DNA of 62,999 nucleotides, filler included, from Octopus bimaculoides (lineage: Eukaryota): NCBI RefSeq assembly GCF_001194135.2. It is 3 parts of 2 records of this genome, joined end to end, with 100 filler letters (N's around TTAATTAATTAA, not from the genome) between each part and the next. Parts side by side here need not be neighbours in the genome. Positions count along the whole stretch, not along the records: positions 1 to 29,021 come from NC_068982.1; positions 29,122 to 50,235 come from NC_068981.1; 1 more part is not named here. One strand, 5' to 3'. The notes below the pieces were generated by a model. That model saw only the letters and a list, made by a program, of their open reading frames with translations. It did no database searches and had not been told where the DNA came from. A program made the position numbers and the translations under genes. Positions 25,990-37,480 of this stretch are shown one piece after another. How positions within the stretch are numbered: position 1 is the first letter of the stretch; each line of letters opens with the position of its first letter.

Positions 25990-27200
25990 TACTAATACTA
26001 AATAATTTCACCAGTCCGTCCTCGGAACAGGATCCCGTTAGAATTTGCTACTGGCACCCATGCACTTATAAGACACTTAGCTGCAGATTTTCAGATCTCA
26101 CTAGTCTAGCAGAACCCGTAAATTTACAGCTATTTAATTCAAAAATAAATGCACCAAGTCTCATTTTATATGGATTTCCTTATTTCTACTTCCTAAGAAA
26201 TTTAAAATAATTTCACTAATTCGTATCTCATATTAGGAAAATTAAGCAAAAGTCTACCAGTTAAAGAAATATCTGCTACAGCTGTGTCAAAATTTGGATA
26301 TTGCCTAAATTCTTCGAAAGTAAACATTTCTCTTTGATTATAATAATCTGGTAAAAAGACGAATATTTGTCATACAAATAATTGATTTCTTTCGTGGCTG
26401 ATCTTTTTCTTTGAAAAATTAATGCATAGAAAAAGAATATAGGCTACGTAAACTAAAACCTTAAAGGGTTTTCGCTGGTTAACGTATTAGGAAACAATTA
26501 TATTATTCCTTAAAGGACACCACTAAAGATGTATAGCTGTATAAGTCGTATCGACTTTCTTGATAACATTTTATGGATTTGGACACGTGACGAGATTAAA
26601 TCTACTTCTCAAGTGTGACTCTATGACAAAATAAACCGCAATAGCTGAATTATCGATAATCTCCTTAGCTGGTGCAAATAGAGAAACAAAACTGGCATAC
26701 CTTAGCTGATTAAATAAGATTCGGGTATTCCAAATTTCAATAGATATGAATAGGTTTGAATCAAGGACATCTCTTCATCTCATTACTTTGGTTTAGGTGT
26801 GATCCTTCTGATATAAGCGGATTTCCGATCGCAAACTCATTTAAACGAGAGACACTATATTTCTTTTATATAGAGAGAGCGTCAACAAGAACATAAACAT
26901 TTAGTCGACTATATGCTTCAATCAAATTTGGAGTTTGATTACCTACCTCCGAATGACAGTAAGTAAGATAGCTGCATAGCCTCTCAGTAGCTATTTAACT
27001 ATTCTTGCAAGTTGTATATATTTATCAGTTTACCTTTGGAAACCGATGACACCTTACCTATCTAGATATTGTCTATTCCCTATAACACAAGACTTTCTTT
27101 CACTTGCTGTAGGTTTAGAGGAGGCTACAAAAACCATAATAGGCTTCTAAGTAATGGGTATCGTAAATTAGCGAACAAATCATACTAACATCACGATCTA
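25990..27200 (-). pseudogene. Decayed coding sequence, copy B, tentatively ionotropic-receptor/iGluR-like
   Basis: One frame runs about 180 codons (26700-26160) with 4 stops and includes LPDYYNQREMFTFEEFRQYPNFDTAVADISLTGRLLLNFPNMRYE; a frameshifted YGFC follows downstream. Family assignment rests on recalled FPN..(F/Y)G and YGFC motifs only. Confidence 0.45.
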
Positions 27201-28639
27201 TATCAATACCAGAAAGTTTTAGGTGTATCAGAGAGATTTAGAATGCAACATTTTAAGAGTTTTAGGGATAATTTGATTAGTATTCGCAATATTCTACATG
27301 AAGTGGTCCAAAGTAACATGGATGACTCTTACAGTCAAGTATAGGTCAAAACAAAAACGAAAATTTCATACAATCTTCGGGTACGAGATACATTTTATAA
27401 TGAGGACTACAAGTTAATTGTACGTATCAACAAATCAAGAATAACATGAACACAAAGGAACGCTTGTCATGAATACTTGGTGAATTAGTAGTTTCGATCA
27501 TTCATCAACTAATAAAATAAGGACCTACTGGATTGTAGCTGACAGACTTGTATTCACCGAATATGTTCTCGTTAGTGTACATAGCAGTATCTAGAATAAA
27601 AAAGAAGCGGTGTTGAATACATTACGAATTTTATCCTTTTTACTTTACAATTCGGAATTCCAACTTTTAACTGTTGATTCGTCGATTTATTGGCTTAGAT
27701 ATATACGTATTTCCTTTACAGTTTTGTTGTTTTGATTTTGTATTTTTTCTCAGGTCTTTTATTATCATTTTGAAATTCTTAAAGTTGCGCACTAAAACTA
27801 CATTTATATATTTGTTGTTTGTTCCAGATATACTAAATATTCTAGATAAGTATCGTATTTAGAAAATGAATTATAAGAGAAGAATAATCTACAAATTCAG
27901 AGTACAAATAAAAAGAAAACGGATCGTATACATTCAAAAAATCAGAGTTGCATAGAGCAAAGTTTTTGCAGATTGAATAGAAGTGGCTAAACATAGCATG
28001 ATGGAGATTAAGTATTGCGTAAAAACTTGACGTTCAGTTGTGTTTTGCCGAATAGAATCCATGTGGTTGCTTCGTGACATTAATGCATATTTTTTGCTCT
28101 GTATAGAGTCGCAGCTTAAGTATTTTATATCTTAAATTGAAATCCACTCTTTATATGATCAACATTTCATTAATTCAGTAATGTGTATTTACAGTTAAAT
28201 CTGAAAAGAGTTTTAAAAGATTTCGCATTCTCAAAGTCTTCGGCGCGTGCTAAATATAGTAATTCAGGATATCTTCTATTTATATACATAATAGGAACTG
28301 ATGAATGAGGAGAGGTTGCTCAAGCCGTACTGTAAGATTTTTTTTATTAATTCTGTTTCTGGAGAATATTTATGAGTAGTTTAAAATACTGAAACTGCAA
28401 ATTGATAGCAACTGCGTAGAAGATAAAAGAATAGTGTTGGATCACATCTCGTACGATGGAATGTGTCGGATGCTGTAGTTTACAAATAACAGTGTTAATG
28501 AAAATTGTTTTAAATACTCAGGGAAAGATATACAGAACCTCAATGACGGGCTGGATCTGACTCGGACTATCAGTGACGAGTGAAACTTTTTGGACACTTT
28601 TGTTGTGGGAGTTAAGGGCACTAAAACGCTAAATAAATT

Positions 28640-28663
28640 ATGTGTAAGGAAAAGATAGCTGCA
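28640..28663 (+). CDS. Candidate first coding exon (MCKEKIAA), possibly of TTLL9
   Basis: ATG followed by a good donor gca|gtaagc, phase 0, at the edge of CpG-retaining DNA just upstream of the scaffold join. No homology support. Confidence 0.25.
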
Positions 28664-28940
28664 GTAAGCATGATGTATAACGAAAGTGTTACTACTGACA
28701 ACGTCAATTTTAACAAAAATTCTGTCTCACGGTCTGTTTCTGAATTTGTTTCTGAATTTGTACACGTAAAGAATATTATTTCCTTCGCGGTTTACCTGCC
28801 ATATAATAATAAGTACGTAACAGTCAGTTCTTGTTAATAAAAGTTTCAAAATCACTTATAAGCATACTTGATTAACCTGTACATTTGCCTGCCTTGTTGC
28901 ATACATAATACATACATATATACATATATACATATACACT

Positions 28941-28978
<38 letters not shown>

Positions 28979-28985
28979 CACGCAA

Positions 28986-29021
<36 letters not shown>

Positions 29022-29121
29022 NNNNNNNNNNNNNNNNNNNNNNNNNNNNNNNNNNNNNNNNNNNNTTAATTAATTAANNNNNNNNNNNNNNNNNNNNNNN
29101 NNNNNNNNNNNNNNNNNNNNN
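29022..29121. other. Artificial 100-bp scaffold join (44 N + TTAATTAATTAA + 44 N)
   Basis: Identical layout at 50236-50335. The 12-mer is a palindrome with stops in all six frames. Confidence 0.9.
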
Positions 29122-29151
29122 AGGCACTACTGTATATATATTTTTTATCTT

Positions 29152-29508
29152 GTATCAGTCATTTGACTGCGGAACATGCTGGAGCATCGCCTTGAAATTT
29201 TAGTTGAATGTATCGACTCCAGTACTGACTTTTGTTAAAGCTTGATATTACTCCATTGGTCTCTTTTATTGAACCACTAAATTACAGAGATGTAAACACA
29301 CCAGCACTAGTTGTCAAACAGTGGTGGGAGACAAACACACACACACACACATATATATGACAGGCTTCTTTCAGTTTCTGCCTACCAAGGCTTTGGTTGG
29401 TCTGAGACTATAGTAGAAGATACTTACCTAAGGTGCCATGCAGTGGGACTAAACCCTGAACCCTGTGGTTGGGAAGCAATCTTCTTACCACACAGCCATG
29501 CCTGCACC
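29152..29508 (-). mobile_element. tRNA-derived SINE, family B (consensus-like ggtaagaagcttgcttcccaaccacatggttccgggttcagtccca)
   Basis: Same family at about 30272-30440(+), 47290-47445(-), 47745-47925(+), 49490-49730(-, 3' part) and 58668-58995(+). Confidence 0.8.
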
Positions 29509-29824
29509 TATATATATATATATCAGTTTCTTTTAAATTCCATTAATTACTTTTCATGTAGTAATTTAGTTAATTTGTTTTTATTCATTCAGAATATGGA
29601 TATATGTTGTCAGCACAAAATAAAACTCACCAAAATCATTATGGATTACAATATTAACACACCAACACTTCAATAAAGAAACAACACTGTTGAAGGAGAC
29701 ATTCTATATGGCCATTCAACCTGATTGAAACAGCAGCCAAGTCTTCCTTAAATCCCAATACCAACCCTCCTGCGTCCGTCCTTGGTTCTATGATACAAAC
29801 TTCTTGCTTCAAGAAAATCTAAAT

Positions 29825-30064
29825 CAGTACTTCCCAACCATTTTTTGCCGAAGGACCCCTTTGATTCCTATTTTGCTCAAGTGGACCTTCCTAGCTGTTC
29901 AATGATTAAAAACCTTCCATTATATTTTTTATTAAATACTATTAGGAATTATATTAAAAGAATTATTAAAATATTTTGTGTGTTGTAGAAGCACATACAT
30001 TTTAATAACAAAATCTTATATGGACCCCACCAAAAGTTGTTTGGACCCCTATTGAGAACCACTG
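29825..30064. mobile_element. hAT-type MITE with 8-bp target-site duplication
   Basis: Imperfect TIRs cagtacttcccaa / ttgagaaccactg; ATCTAAAT on both flanks (29817-29824 and 30065-30072). Confidence 0.85.
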
Positions 30065-30271
30065 ATCTAAATTAAAACCTTCCTTCAAATTCTTATGTTA
30101 ATTTATATTCCAAACATCAGCTTAATAGTATCAAAATTATTTCACTAAATTTTTCATTATTTTCAAAATTATTGAAACAAATTTCATTAGAAATATAGTA
30201 ACTAAAGCATTAAATAAAGAAGCAAGAGATATTGTAGTCCTTATAGCACTAAGTCTGAAAAAGAAATTATC

Positions 30272-30440
30272 GCGTGCATGGCTGTGTGGTTAGGAAGCTT
30301 GCTTCCCAGCTACATGGTTTCAGGTTCAGTCCCACCACGTGGCACCTTGGGGAAGTGTCTTCTGCTATAGCCCCAGGCCGACTGAAGCTTTGTGATTGAA
30401 TTTGGTAGGCAGAAGTTACTGCCGTGTGTGTATATGTCTG
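30272..30440 (+). mobile_element. tRNA-derived SINE family B, 5' part
   Basis: gcatggctgtgtggttaggaagcttgcttcccagctacatggtttcaggttcagtcccacc, with A/B-box-like head. Confidence 0.8.
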
Positions 30441-30679
30441 TGTATGTGCTTGTGCCTCTCCAAGAGAGAGAGAGAGGGGATTAGTCACATCTGGAATGTC
30501 TAAGGCTAATCAACAGCAACTATAATGCACTACACCGAGAACATGTACTAGCACATATCTCTTCTATTACAAAACAATACAGAAACATTATCTCAAAACA
30601 TGTCATCATCATCTCAAAGCATGAGTTCATCATTATCATAAACTACAGTAACATGTTGCTGCTTCTGCTGCTGCTACTG

Positions 30680-30712
<33 letters not shown>

Positions 30713-30779
30713 ATATTGTAATTGTTGAACTTTGCCAATATCATTCTAGCGTCAATCTTTGATTACTGGTTTCATTTAG

Positions 30780-30914
30780 GCTGAATATCATATTTTTGTT
30801 GAAGAGTTCAAGAGAAACCCAGGACTTGTATGGATTATGAAACCTGCAGCAAAATCACAAGGAAAAGGTATTTTCCTCTTCAGAAAGTTAAAAGATATAA
30901 TTGACTGGAAAAAG
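30780..30914 (+). CDS. TTLL9: TTLL9 tubulin polyglutamylase, first visible coding exon ([45 protein letters not shown])
   Basis: Acceptor ttcatttag, donor aag|gtattt, 135 nt, phase 0/0. The WIMKP...QGKGIFL motif matches the TTL family and TTLL9 as I recall it ([44 protein letters not shown]). Confidence 0.93.
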
Positions 30915-30990
30915 GTATTTATCTGTTTGCTTGTCTGTTTACTTGTATAAATTCTGATTATAATTTTGGTAATAATACTTATTGATGCAA

Positions 30991-31188
30991 AGGCAGTGAG
31001 CTGACAGGATTGTTAGCATGCCAGGTGAAATGCTTAGTGGTATTTAGACTGTCTTCATGTTCTGAATTCAAATTCTACTAAGGTTGGCTTTGCCTTTCAT
31101 CTTTTTGGGGTCAATAAATTAAGTACCAGTTTGCCACTGAGGTGTCCTCTTCCTCCAAATTTCAGGCCTTGTGCCTATAGTAGAAAGG

Positions 31189-31225
<37 letters not shown>

Positions 31226-31632
31226 GGGTAGTGAGCTGGCAGAATTGTTAGCATGCTGGGCAAGATGCTTAGTGGCATTTCATCTGTCTTTACATTCTGC
31301 GTTCAAACTCTGCCAAGGTTGACTTTGCCTTTCATCTTTTTGTGGTTGATAAATAAGTACCAGTTGAACACTGGGGTCGATGTGATTGACAATCCACCTC
31401 CCCCAAATTTTGGGCCTTGTACCTTTAGTAGAAAGGATTATTAGGGTGGCGAGCTGGCAGAATCGTTAGCATGCTGGACTAAATGCTCAGCAGCATTTTG
31501 TCTGAGTTCAACCTTGCCTTTCTTCTCTTTCGGGGTCAACAAAATAAGTACCAATTGAACACTGGAGTTGATGTGATTGACTATCCTCCTCCCCTCAAAT
31601 TACAGGCCTTGTCCTACATTAGAAAGAAGGAT
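30991..31632 (+). mobile_element. Three tandem copies of tRNA-derived SINE family A separated by (TTA)n
   Basis: Copies at about 30991-31190, 31225-31438 and 31443-31632 share gtgagctggcagaat.gttagcatg...gagttcaaatt...agtagaaagga. Confidence 0.85.
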
Positions 31633-31669
31633 TGTTATTATGATTATTATTATTATTATTATTATTATT

Positions 31670-32925
31670 GAAACAAAGCTCAGGTTTGGTCTTATTCTTG
31701 GCAGGATTTATGTGGGTAGCAGGTTACTACCTGTAACCTCAGGTATCCACATGTTTTCGGCAGTCTCTCAAGTGCTTAGAATCCTCCTGATAATTCTTGC
31801 AGTCCTTAAGAGGCAAACCTTCTGTAGGAGCTCTACCGGGCATTCTGTTTCAATGTCCTTCAGCCATTTGTCTATATCTTGACAATGTACCAGTTATTAT
31901 AGGCACAACCTTTACTGTTCGCATGCTTCAAATTCTTCCTATTTAAAATTTTAAAGGATTGTATTTTCTTTGTCTTTTTTCCTCTTTCTTTATGATCCTG
32001 GAATCAAATGGACATGATGGTTCGATAAGTAAGCAACTTTGCTTTTCCTTATCTATGATTGTAATATCTGATTTATTATTTTCTAACTTCTTGTCCATTT
32101 GAAGAGGTAAGTCCCACAAAATCTTACATTTCTCTAACTCTAGTACTCTTTTGACTTGATGATTGTACCATGTATTTCCAGCTTCAAATCCCCATTTCTG
32201 GCACAGTTTCCAGTGTAAAACTTTTACAGCCTGATCATGCCTCCATTTCTTATATTAATCCTGTGCCAACTTGGGGCATTTTGTCACAATGTGTACCACT
32301 GTCTTGTTCCATGTTCCACAGGCTCTACACTTTTCTGACACATTCTCTCTCTCTATATTTTTTCTTGAGTTGTTTGTTTTTATTGCTTGATCTTGGGCTG
32401 CTACAATTAGGTTCTCTGTTTCTTTTTTTAATTGCCCCTTTTATAACCAAGCCCAGGATTTTATTTCACATACCTCTTCAGTGGCTCTCCAAAATTGGCC
32501 ACACAGTAGTTTCTCTTTGATCTGTCTCTTGTGCTCTCTTTGTATTTCATTCTTGTCCTTTTCTCCTATTATACACTTCATCACCTGTTCTTTTTTAACT
32601 GCCATTAGTAGTTTTTCTGTGCTGCTCTGTAAATACTCTACTAGACTTTTTCTTTCCATCTGTACACATTCTTCTACTGCTATTAAGCCTCTCCCGCCCT
32701 GGTCTCTCCTCATCTACAGCCAGTTGATATCAGCTTTTGGATGGTGGGCTCTATATATTGTCAACAACTTCCTAGTTTTTCTGTCAAGTTTCTTTATATC
32801 ATTTCTGTTCCAGTCTATAATTACAACTTTATATCTGATTAAGGGTACTGCTCTTGAATTTATTGCTTCAATAAGGTTTTTGGAATTTTCTGACTCACCT
32901 TGTGTACTCTCTACTGGTAATGTTT
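31670..32925 (-). mobile_element. R4/Dong-like RLE retrotransposon fragment inside a TTLL9 intron
   Basis: Minus strand RRDQGGRGLIAVEECVQMERKSLVEYLQSSTEKLL...KLLCGQFW...SWAWL, then knuckle- and RLE-like remnants. The 3' end abuts (AAT)n. Confidence 0.8.
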
Positions 32926-33000
32926 CATTTCATTTTATTATTATTTTTATTATTAATTTTGTTGTTGTTTTCAATTTTTTTTTTGTTTCTTTTAAACTAG

Positions 33001-33144
<144 letters not shown>

Positions 33145-33399
33145 TGATATTGTTCCATGTTACACAGTGTGATCATCTTGTCACATTAATGATCTTATTA
33201 TGATAGAGAATTTGCATGTCACTGGACATGGTAACTTCAATCTTATTGTTGCTGCCTATGACAGTGGTTTGGCAGAATTATCAGAGCAATTAATGAAAGG
33301 TATTTTGACAAAATACCTTGCATTAATAGTTCTTGCTCTTTATGTTCTGAGATCAAATTTCTCTGAAATCAGCTTTCTGATTTTATCACAAGACCAGTG

Positions 33400-33838
33400 A
33401 TTTCTCTTTGAGGGAGGGGGTTGAGTCAATTACATCAACCTCAGCATTCAATTGGCACTTTTTTTTATTGATCCCAGAAGGATGAAAAGCAAAGTCAACC
33501 TTGATAGCATTTGAACTCAGAAAGTAAAGAACTAGAAGAAATGCCACTAAGCATTTTGTCCAATGCACTAATGATTCTACCCACTCATTGCTTTAATAAT
33601 AATCATGATGATGATTATGATGACAACGACGATAAAAATAATAATCCTTTCTACTATCGGCACAAGGCCGGGAATTTGAGGGGCGGGGGATAGTTTCTTA
33701 GACTGACCCCAGTACACCCCGATAGGGTGAAAGGTAAAGTCGGCTTCAGTGGAATTTGAACTCAAAATGTTGCAGCAGACGAAATACCACTAAGCATTTC
33801 ACCTGGTGTGCTACTGATTCTGCCAGCTCATCACCTAT
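33400..33838 (-). mobile_element. Two SINE family A copies, antisense
   Basis: Reverse complements of the family A head and body at about 33400-33596 and 33645-33838; further copies at about 35478-35697(-) and 39250-39450(+). Confidence 0.8.
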
Positions 33839-33860
33839 TAATAATAATATTAATAATAAT

Positions 33861-34843
33861 AATAATAAGTTGCCCTGATGCAGTACCAGACAGTGGCTCT
33901 CATGGCTTCTGATCTTAAGTGTTATCATGTACATTGTTTTGTCTTGGTATAAAAAGATGGGCTACAGCAAATATTCTGCTCAATACCACAGATTTCCTTG
34001 TCAGTTGTTTGACCTTAATCAGTTGAGCATGTCCCCTGGTGGCTGACAATATGTGCATCTCTGATCATGAGCAGAAGTAGTGGGGGAGCATCATAGCCAC
34101 GTGTTGAGAGGAATTCTTTGGGGTTTGAATAATTCACCTTTGGAGACATGGGTGTTTTGCTCAACATCCTTAAACAAACCTTATTCAGGGACCTTTTGAG
34201 CGGGATGGGCTACTCGACCTGAAGAAAATTCTAACTGGGCCCCACCTGTGAGGTCATGCGCTGTTTATCTTGATATGAGATGACCATNNNNNNNNNNNNN
34301 NNNNNNNNNNNNNNNNNNNNNNNNNNNNNNNNNNNNNNNNNNNNNNNNNNNNNNNNNNNNNNNNNNNNNNNNNNNNNNNNNNNNNNNNNNNNNNNNNNNN
34401 NNNNNNNNNNNNNNNNNNNNNNNNNNNNNNNNNNNNNNNNNNNNNNNNNNNNNNNNNNNNNNNNNNNNNNNNNNNNNNNNNNNNNNNNNNNNNNNNNNNN
34501 NNNNNNNNNNNNNNNNNNNNNNNNNNNNNNNNNNNNNNNNNNNNNNNNNNNNNNNNNNNNNNNNNNNNNNNNNNNNNNNNNNNNNNNNNNNNNNNNNNNN
34601 NNNNNNNNNNNNNNNNNNNNNNNNNNNNNNNNNNNNNNNNNNNNNNNNNNNNNNNGAAAAATAATCCAGAATCATTGTCCAGTACCGGATTGATCCCAAA
34701 ATCTAATTAGTTTGTGCCAGTCATGAGGCCAAACATCTCTGAAAGTTTCATCTGAATCCATCCAGCAGTTCTTGAGATATCTTGTCCACGGACAAACCAA
34801 CAACCATGGCTGAAAACAAAACCTCCACCTTTGCTAAGGTGGA

Positions 34844-34892
<49 letters not shown>

Positions 34893-35455
34893 CATGGAAT
34901 AAATGCCCCGATGGAATTGCAAGTTCTCATGGCTTCTGATCTTAACTGATTGGAAGTGTCATCATGTACATTGTTTTGTCTTGATGTAAAAAATGGGCTG
35001 CAGCAAATATTCTGCTCAATACTACAGATTTGCTTGTCAGTTGCTTGATCTAAACTAGATCTTAACATATCGTCCCTTAGTGGCTGATGATATGTGCATC
35101 TCTGATCATGAGCAGGAGAAATGAGGAAACATCATAGCCATGTGTTGAGAGAAATTCTTTGGGGTTTGAATAATTCATCTCTGGAAACATGGGTGTTTTG
35201 TTTAACATCCTTAAACAACTCTTATTCAGAGACCTTTTGAACAGAAATAGGCTACTCGACCTGAAGAAAATTCTAGCTGGGCTCCACCTGCAAGAACATG
35301 CTGTTTATCATATGTGATCACTATGTCACTCACATATGTTTGTGATGCATATGTCTGATGTACCCTTCTCAGACAGTTAGTCATGATGGCTATATTGAAC
35401 TTCATGTATTCGTACCCCAGTGTCACTTTGATGGCATGTGCTGCTCTCTCAATCA
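33861..35455. repeat. Two diverged copies of an unclassified dispersed repeat (about 33861-34287 and 34893-35455)
   Basis: Shared tctcatggcttctgatcttaa...gcaaatattctgctcaata...ctactcgacctgaagaaaattcta; each copy starts after an (AAT)n tract. Confidence 0.75.
34680..34848 (+). mobile_element. Helentron/HINE-like 3' end
   Basis: Perfect 11-bp hairpin ACCTCCACCTT-tgct-AAGGTGGAGGT (34821-34846) immediately before (AAT)n, preceded by ...gacaaaccaacaacc...gaaaacaaa, as typical of these elements. Confidence 0.55.
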
Positions 35456-35694
35456 CTCAATGATAATAATAATAATAGTAATCCTTTCTACTACAGGCAC
35501 AAGACCTGAAGTTTGTGGGGAGGGGACTAGTTGATTGCATTGATCCCAGTGTTCTACTGGTACTTAATTTATCGACCCCGAAAGGATGAAAGCAAAGTCG
35601 ACCTTGGTGGAATTTGAACTCAAAACATAGCGGCAGATGAAATATTGCTAAGCATTTCACCTGGCATGTTAATGCTTCTACTAGCTCACTACCT

Positions 35695-35745
<51 letters not shown>

Positions 35746-36182
35746 TTAGAAAGTTGAAAGAAAAGAAATGGCCCAAAGAACCTTTGGCCATTGGATATAG
35801 CTTGCTCTTTTGGTATAGGGTCAGTATAACATGTGCCAGACCAAAAGTATAAAAGAGATATAATAATAACAATATTTTTTTTTATACATAATTTCCTTTG
35901 ATTTTCTTAATGAACAGTCTGGTGTATGTGTTTTTTTTTTTAATGGCCNNNNNNNNNNNNNNNNNNNNNNNNNNNNNNNNNNNNNNNNNNNNNNNNNNNN
36001 NNNNNNNNNNNNNNNNNNNNNNNNNNNNNNNNNNNNNNNNTCTACTGGTACTTAATTTATCGACCCCGAAAGGATGAAAGCAAAGTCGACCTTGGTGGAA
36101 TTTGAACTCAAAACATAGCGGCAGATGAAATATTGCTAAGCATTTCACCTGGCATGTTAATGCTTCTACTAGCTCACTACCT

Positions 36183-36233
<51 letters not shown>

Positions 36234-36845
36234 TTAGAAAGTTGAAAGAAAAGAAATGGCCCAAAGAACCTTTGGCCATTGGATATAGCTTGCTCTTTTG
36301 GTATAGGGTCAGTATAACATGTGCCAGACCAAAAGTATAAAAGAGATATAATAATAACAATATTTTTTTTTATACATAATTTCCTTTGATTTTCTTAATG
36401 AACAGTCTGGTGTATGTGTTTTTTTTTTTAATGGCCTATCACAGTTGATTACAATATGGTTTGAACTCAGAAGGATGCAGATAGAAATTTAAATACTGAA
36501 AGGCATTTAGTTCATTAATAAAATCATTATAGTTATCATAATGATGATGTGTTGGTGATAATCTCAATGGAATGTTATTATTGCTTTCACATATGTTTCG
36601 AAATAATTCAAACATTTTTGTTTTCTTCTATTTCATTTGTTAAATATAAAGATAAGATGTCAGAAGATAATTTTTCTAGAAATAATTTCATTGTTTTCTC
36701 AAAACATAACCATGTCTTTTTTCTGGAAATGTATACCTTTCATGCAACAGGATTTGAATATTTTCTAACAATTTATACTGTATAAACTCAACTATTTTAA
36801 GTACTTTATAATGTGAAGATAAATAAAATTGATTTTTATTTCTAG

Positions 36846-36933
36846 ATTGCACCTTTAAAAATTTGGATTTACAGGAATGGATTTGCTCGATTCTCTAACA
36901 CACGGTATTCTTTGGATGCCATAAGTGATAGCT
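36846..36933 (+). CDS. TTLL9: TTLL9 coding exon (IAPLKIWIYRNGFARFSNTRYSLDAISDS+t)
   Basis: Acceptor ttttatttctag, 88 nt, phase 0/1. YRNGFARFSNTR matches TTLL9 YRDGFARFSNTR. Ends at a GTATCCTTT donor. Confidence 0.94.
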
Positions 36934-37358
36934 GTATCCTTTCAATGACAAAAAATTCTCCTTTATTTTTAACTTTTGTTTATTTATAGTTCATCATCAT
37001 CAATGTCATCATCATCAATGTCATCATCATTGCTGTCATTGTCCTCCCCATTCCTTCCTCCTCCTACATCCCTTGTCACTGTCGTCATTGTCATCATCAT
37101 CATCATCATCGCTGCCACCACCACTACCACCATCATCATCATCATCTTTGGCAACATTGTTGTTGTTGTTGGTGGTGTCCAGCATCGTTATTGTTGTTGT
37201 CATCACTGGTGTCAATTGACTTAATAATTTCTTCATTTCTTTTAGTGGTAGTGATGATGATGATAATGATGATGATGATGGTATTGATGGCAGTAGTGGT
37301 GGTGGTGGTGATGACAGCTATGATGATTATTGTTTGTTTCTCTTCCTTAACTACAAAG
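36934..37358 (+). other. U12-type (minor spliceosome) GT-AG intron of TTLL9, 425 nt
   Basis: 5' splice site GTATCCTTTC; branch site TTCCTTAAC at 37343-37351, only 7 nt before the end of the intron; reading frame preserved across it. Confidence 0.9.
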
Positions 37359-37480
37359 TTATTCATTTAACAAATGTTGCCATCCAGAAGACTGCTCCGG
37401 ATTATGATCCAGAGAAAGGCTGCAAGTGGTCATGTCAGGATCTCAGACAGTACCTTTATGCCAAACATGGATTAGAAGTA
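37359..37480 (+). CDS. TTLL9: TTLL9 coding exon ([41 protein letters not shown])
   Basis: Acceptor ttccttaactacaaag, donor gta|gtaagt, 122 nt, phase 1/0. HLTNVAIQK and GCKW motifs present. Confidence 0.95.

Noticed and set aside
28066-28078. GTTGCTTCGTGAC, similar to an RFX X-box upstream of a cilia-related gene
   Set aside because: Only a loose match, the transcription start is unknown, and a scaffold join separates it from the confirmed exons.
29066-29077. Palindromic TTAATTAATTAA inside N runs, also at 50280-50291
   Set aside because: Same 44N-12-44N layout twice; it is an assembly spacer, not a biological site.
35553-36436. 396-bp apparently exact direct duplication (35553-35948 and 36041-36436)
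   Set aside because: The copies appear identical and flank a 92-N gap, the signature of an uncollapsed contig overlap.
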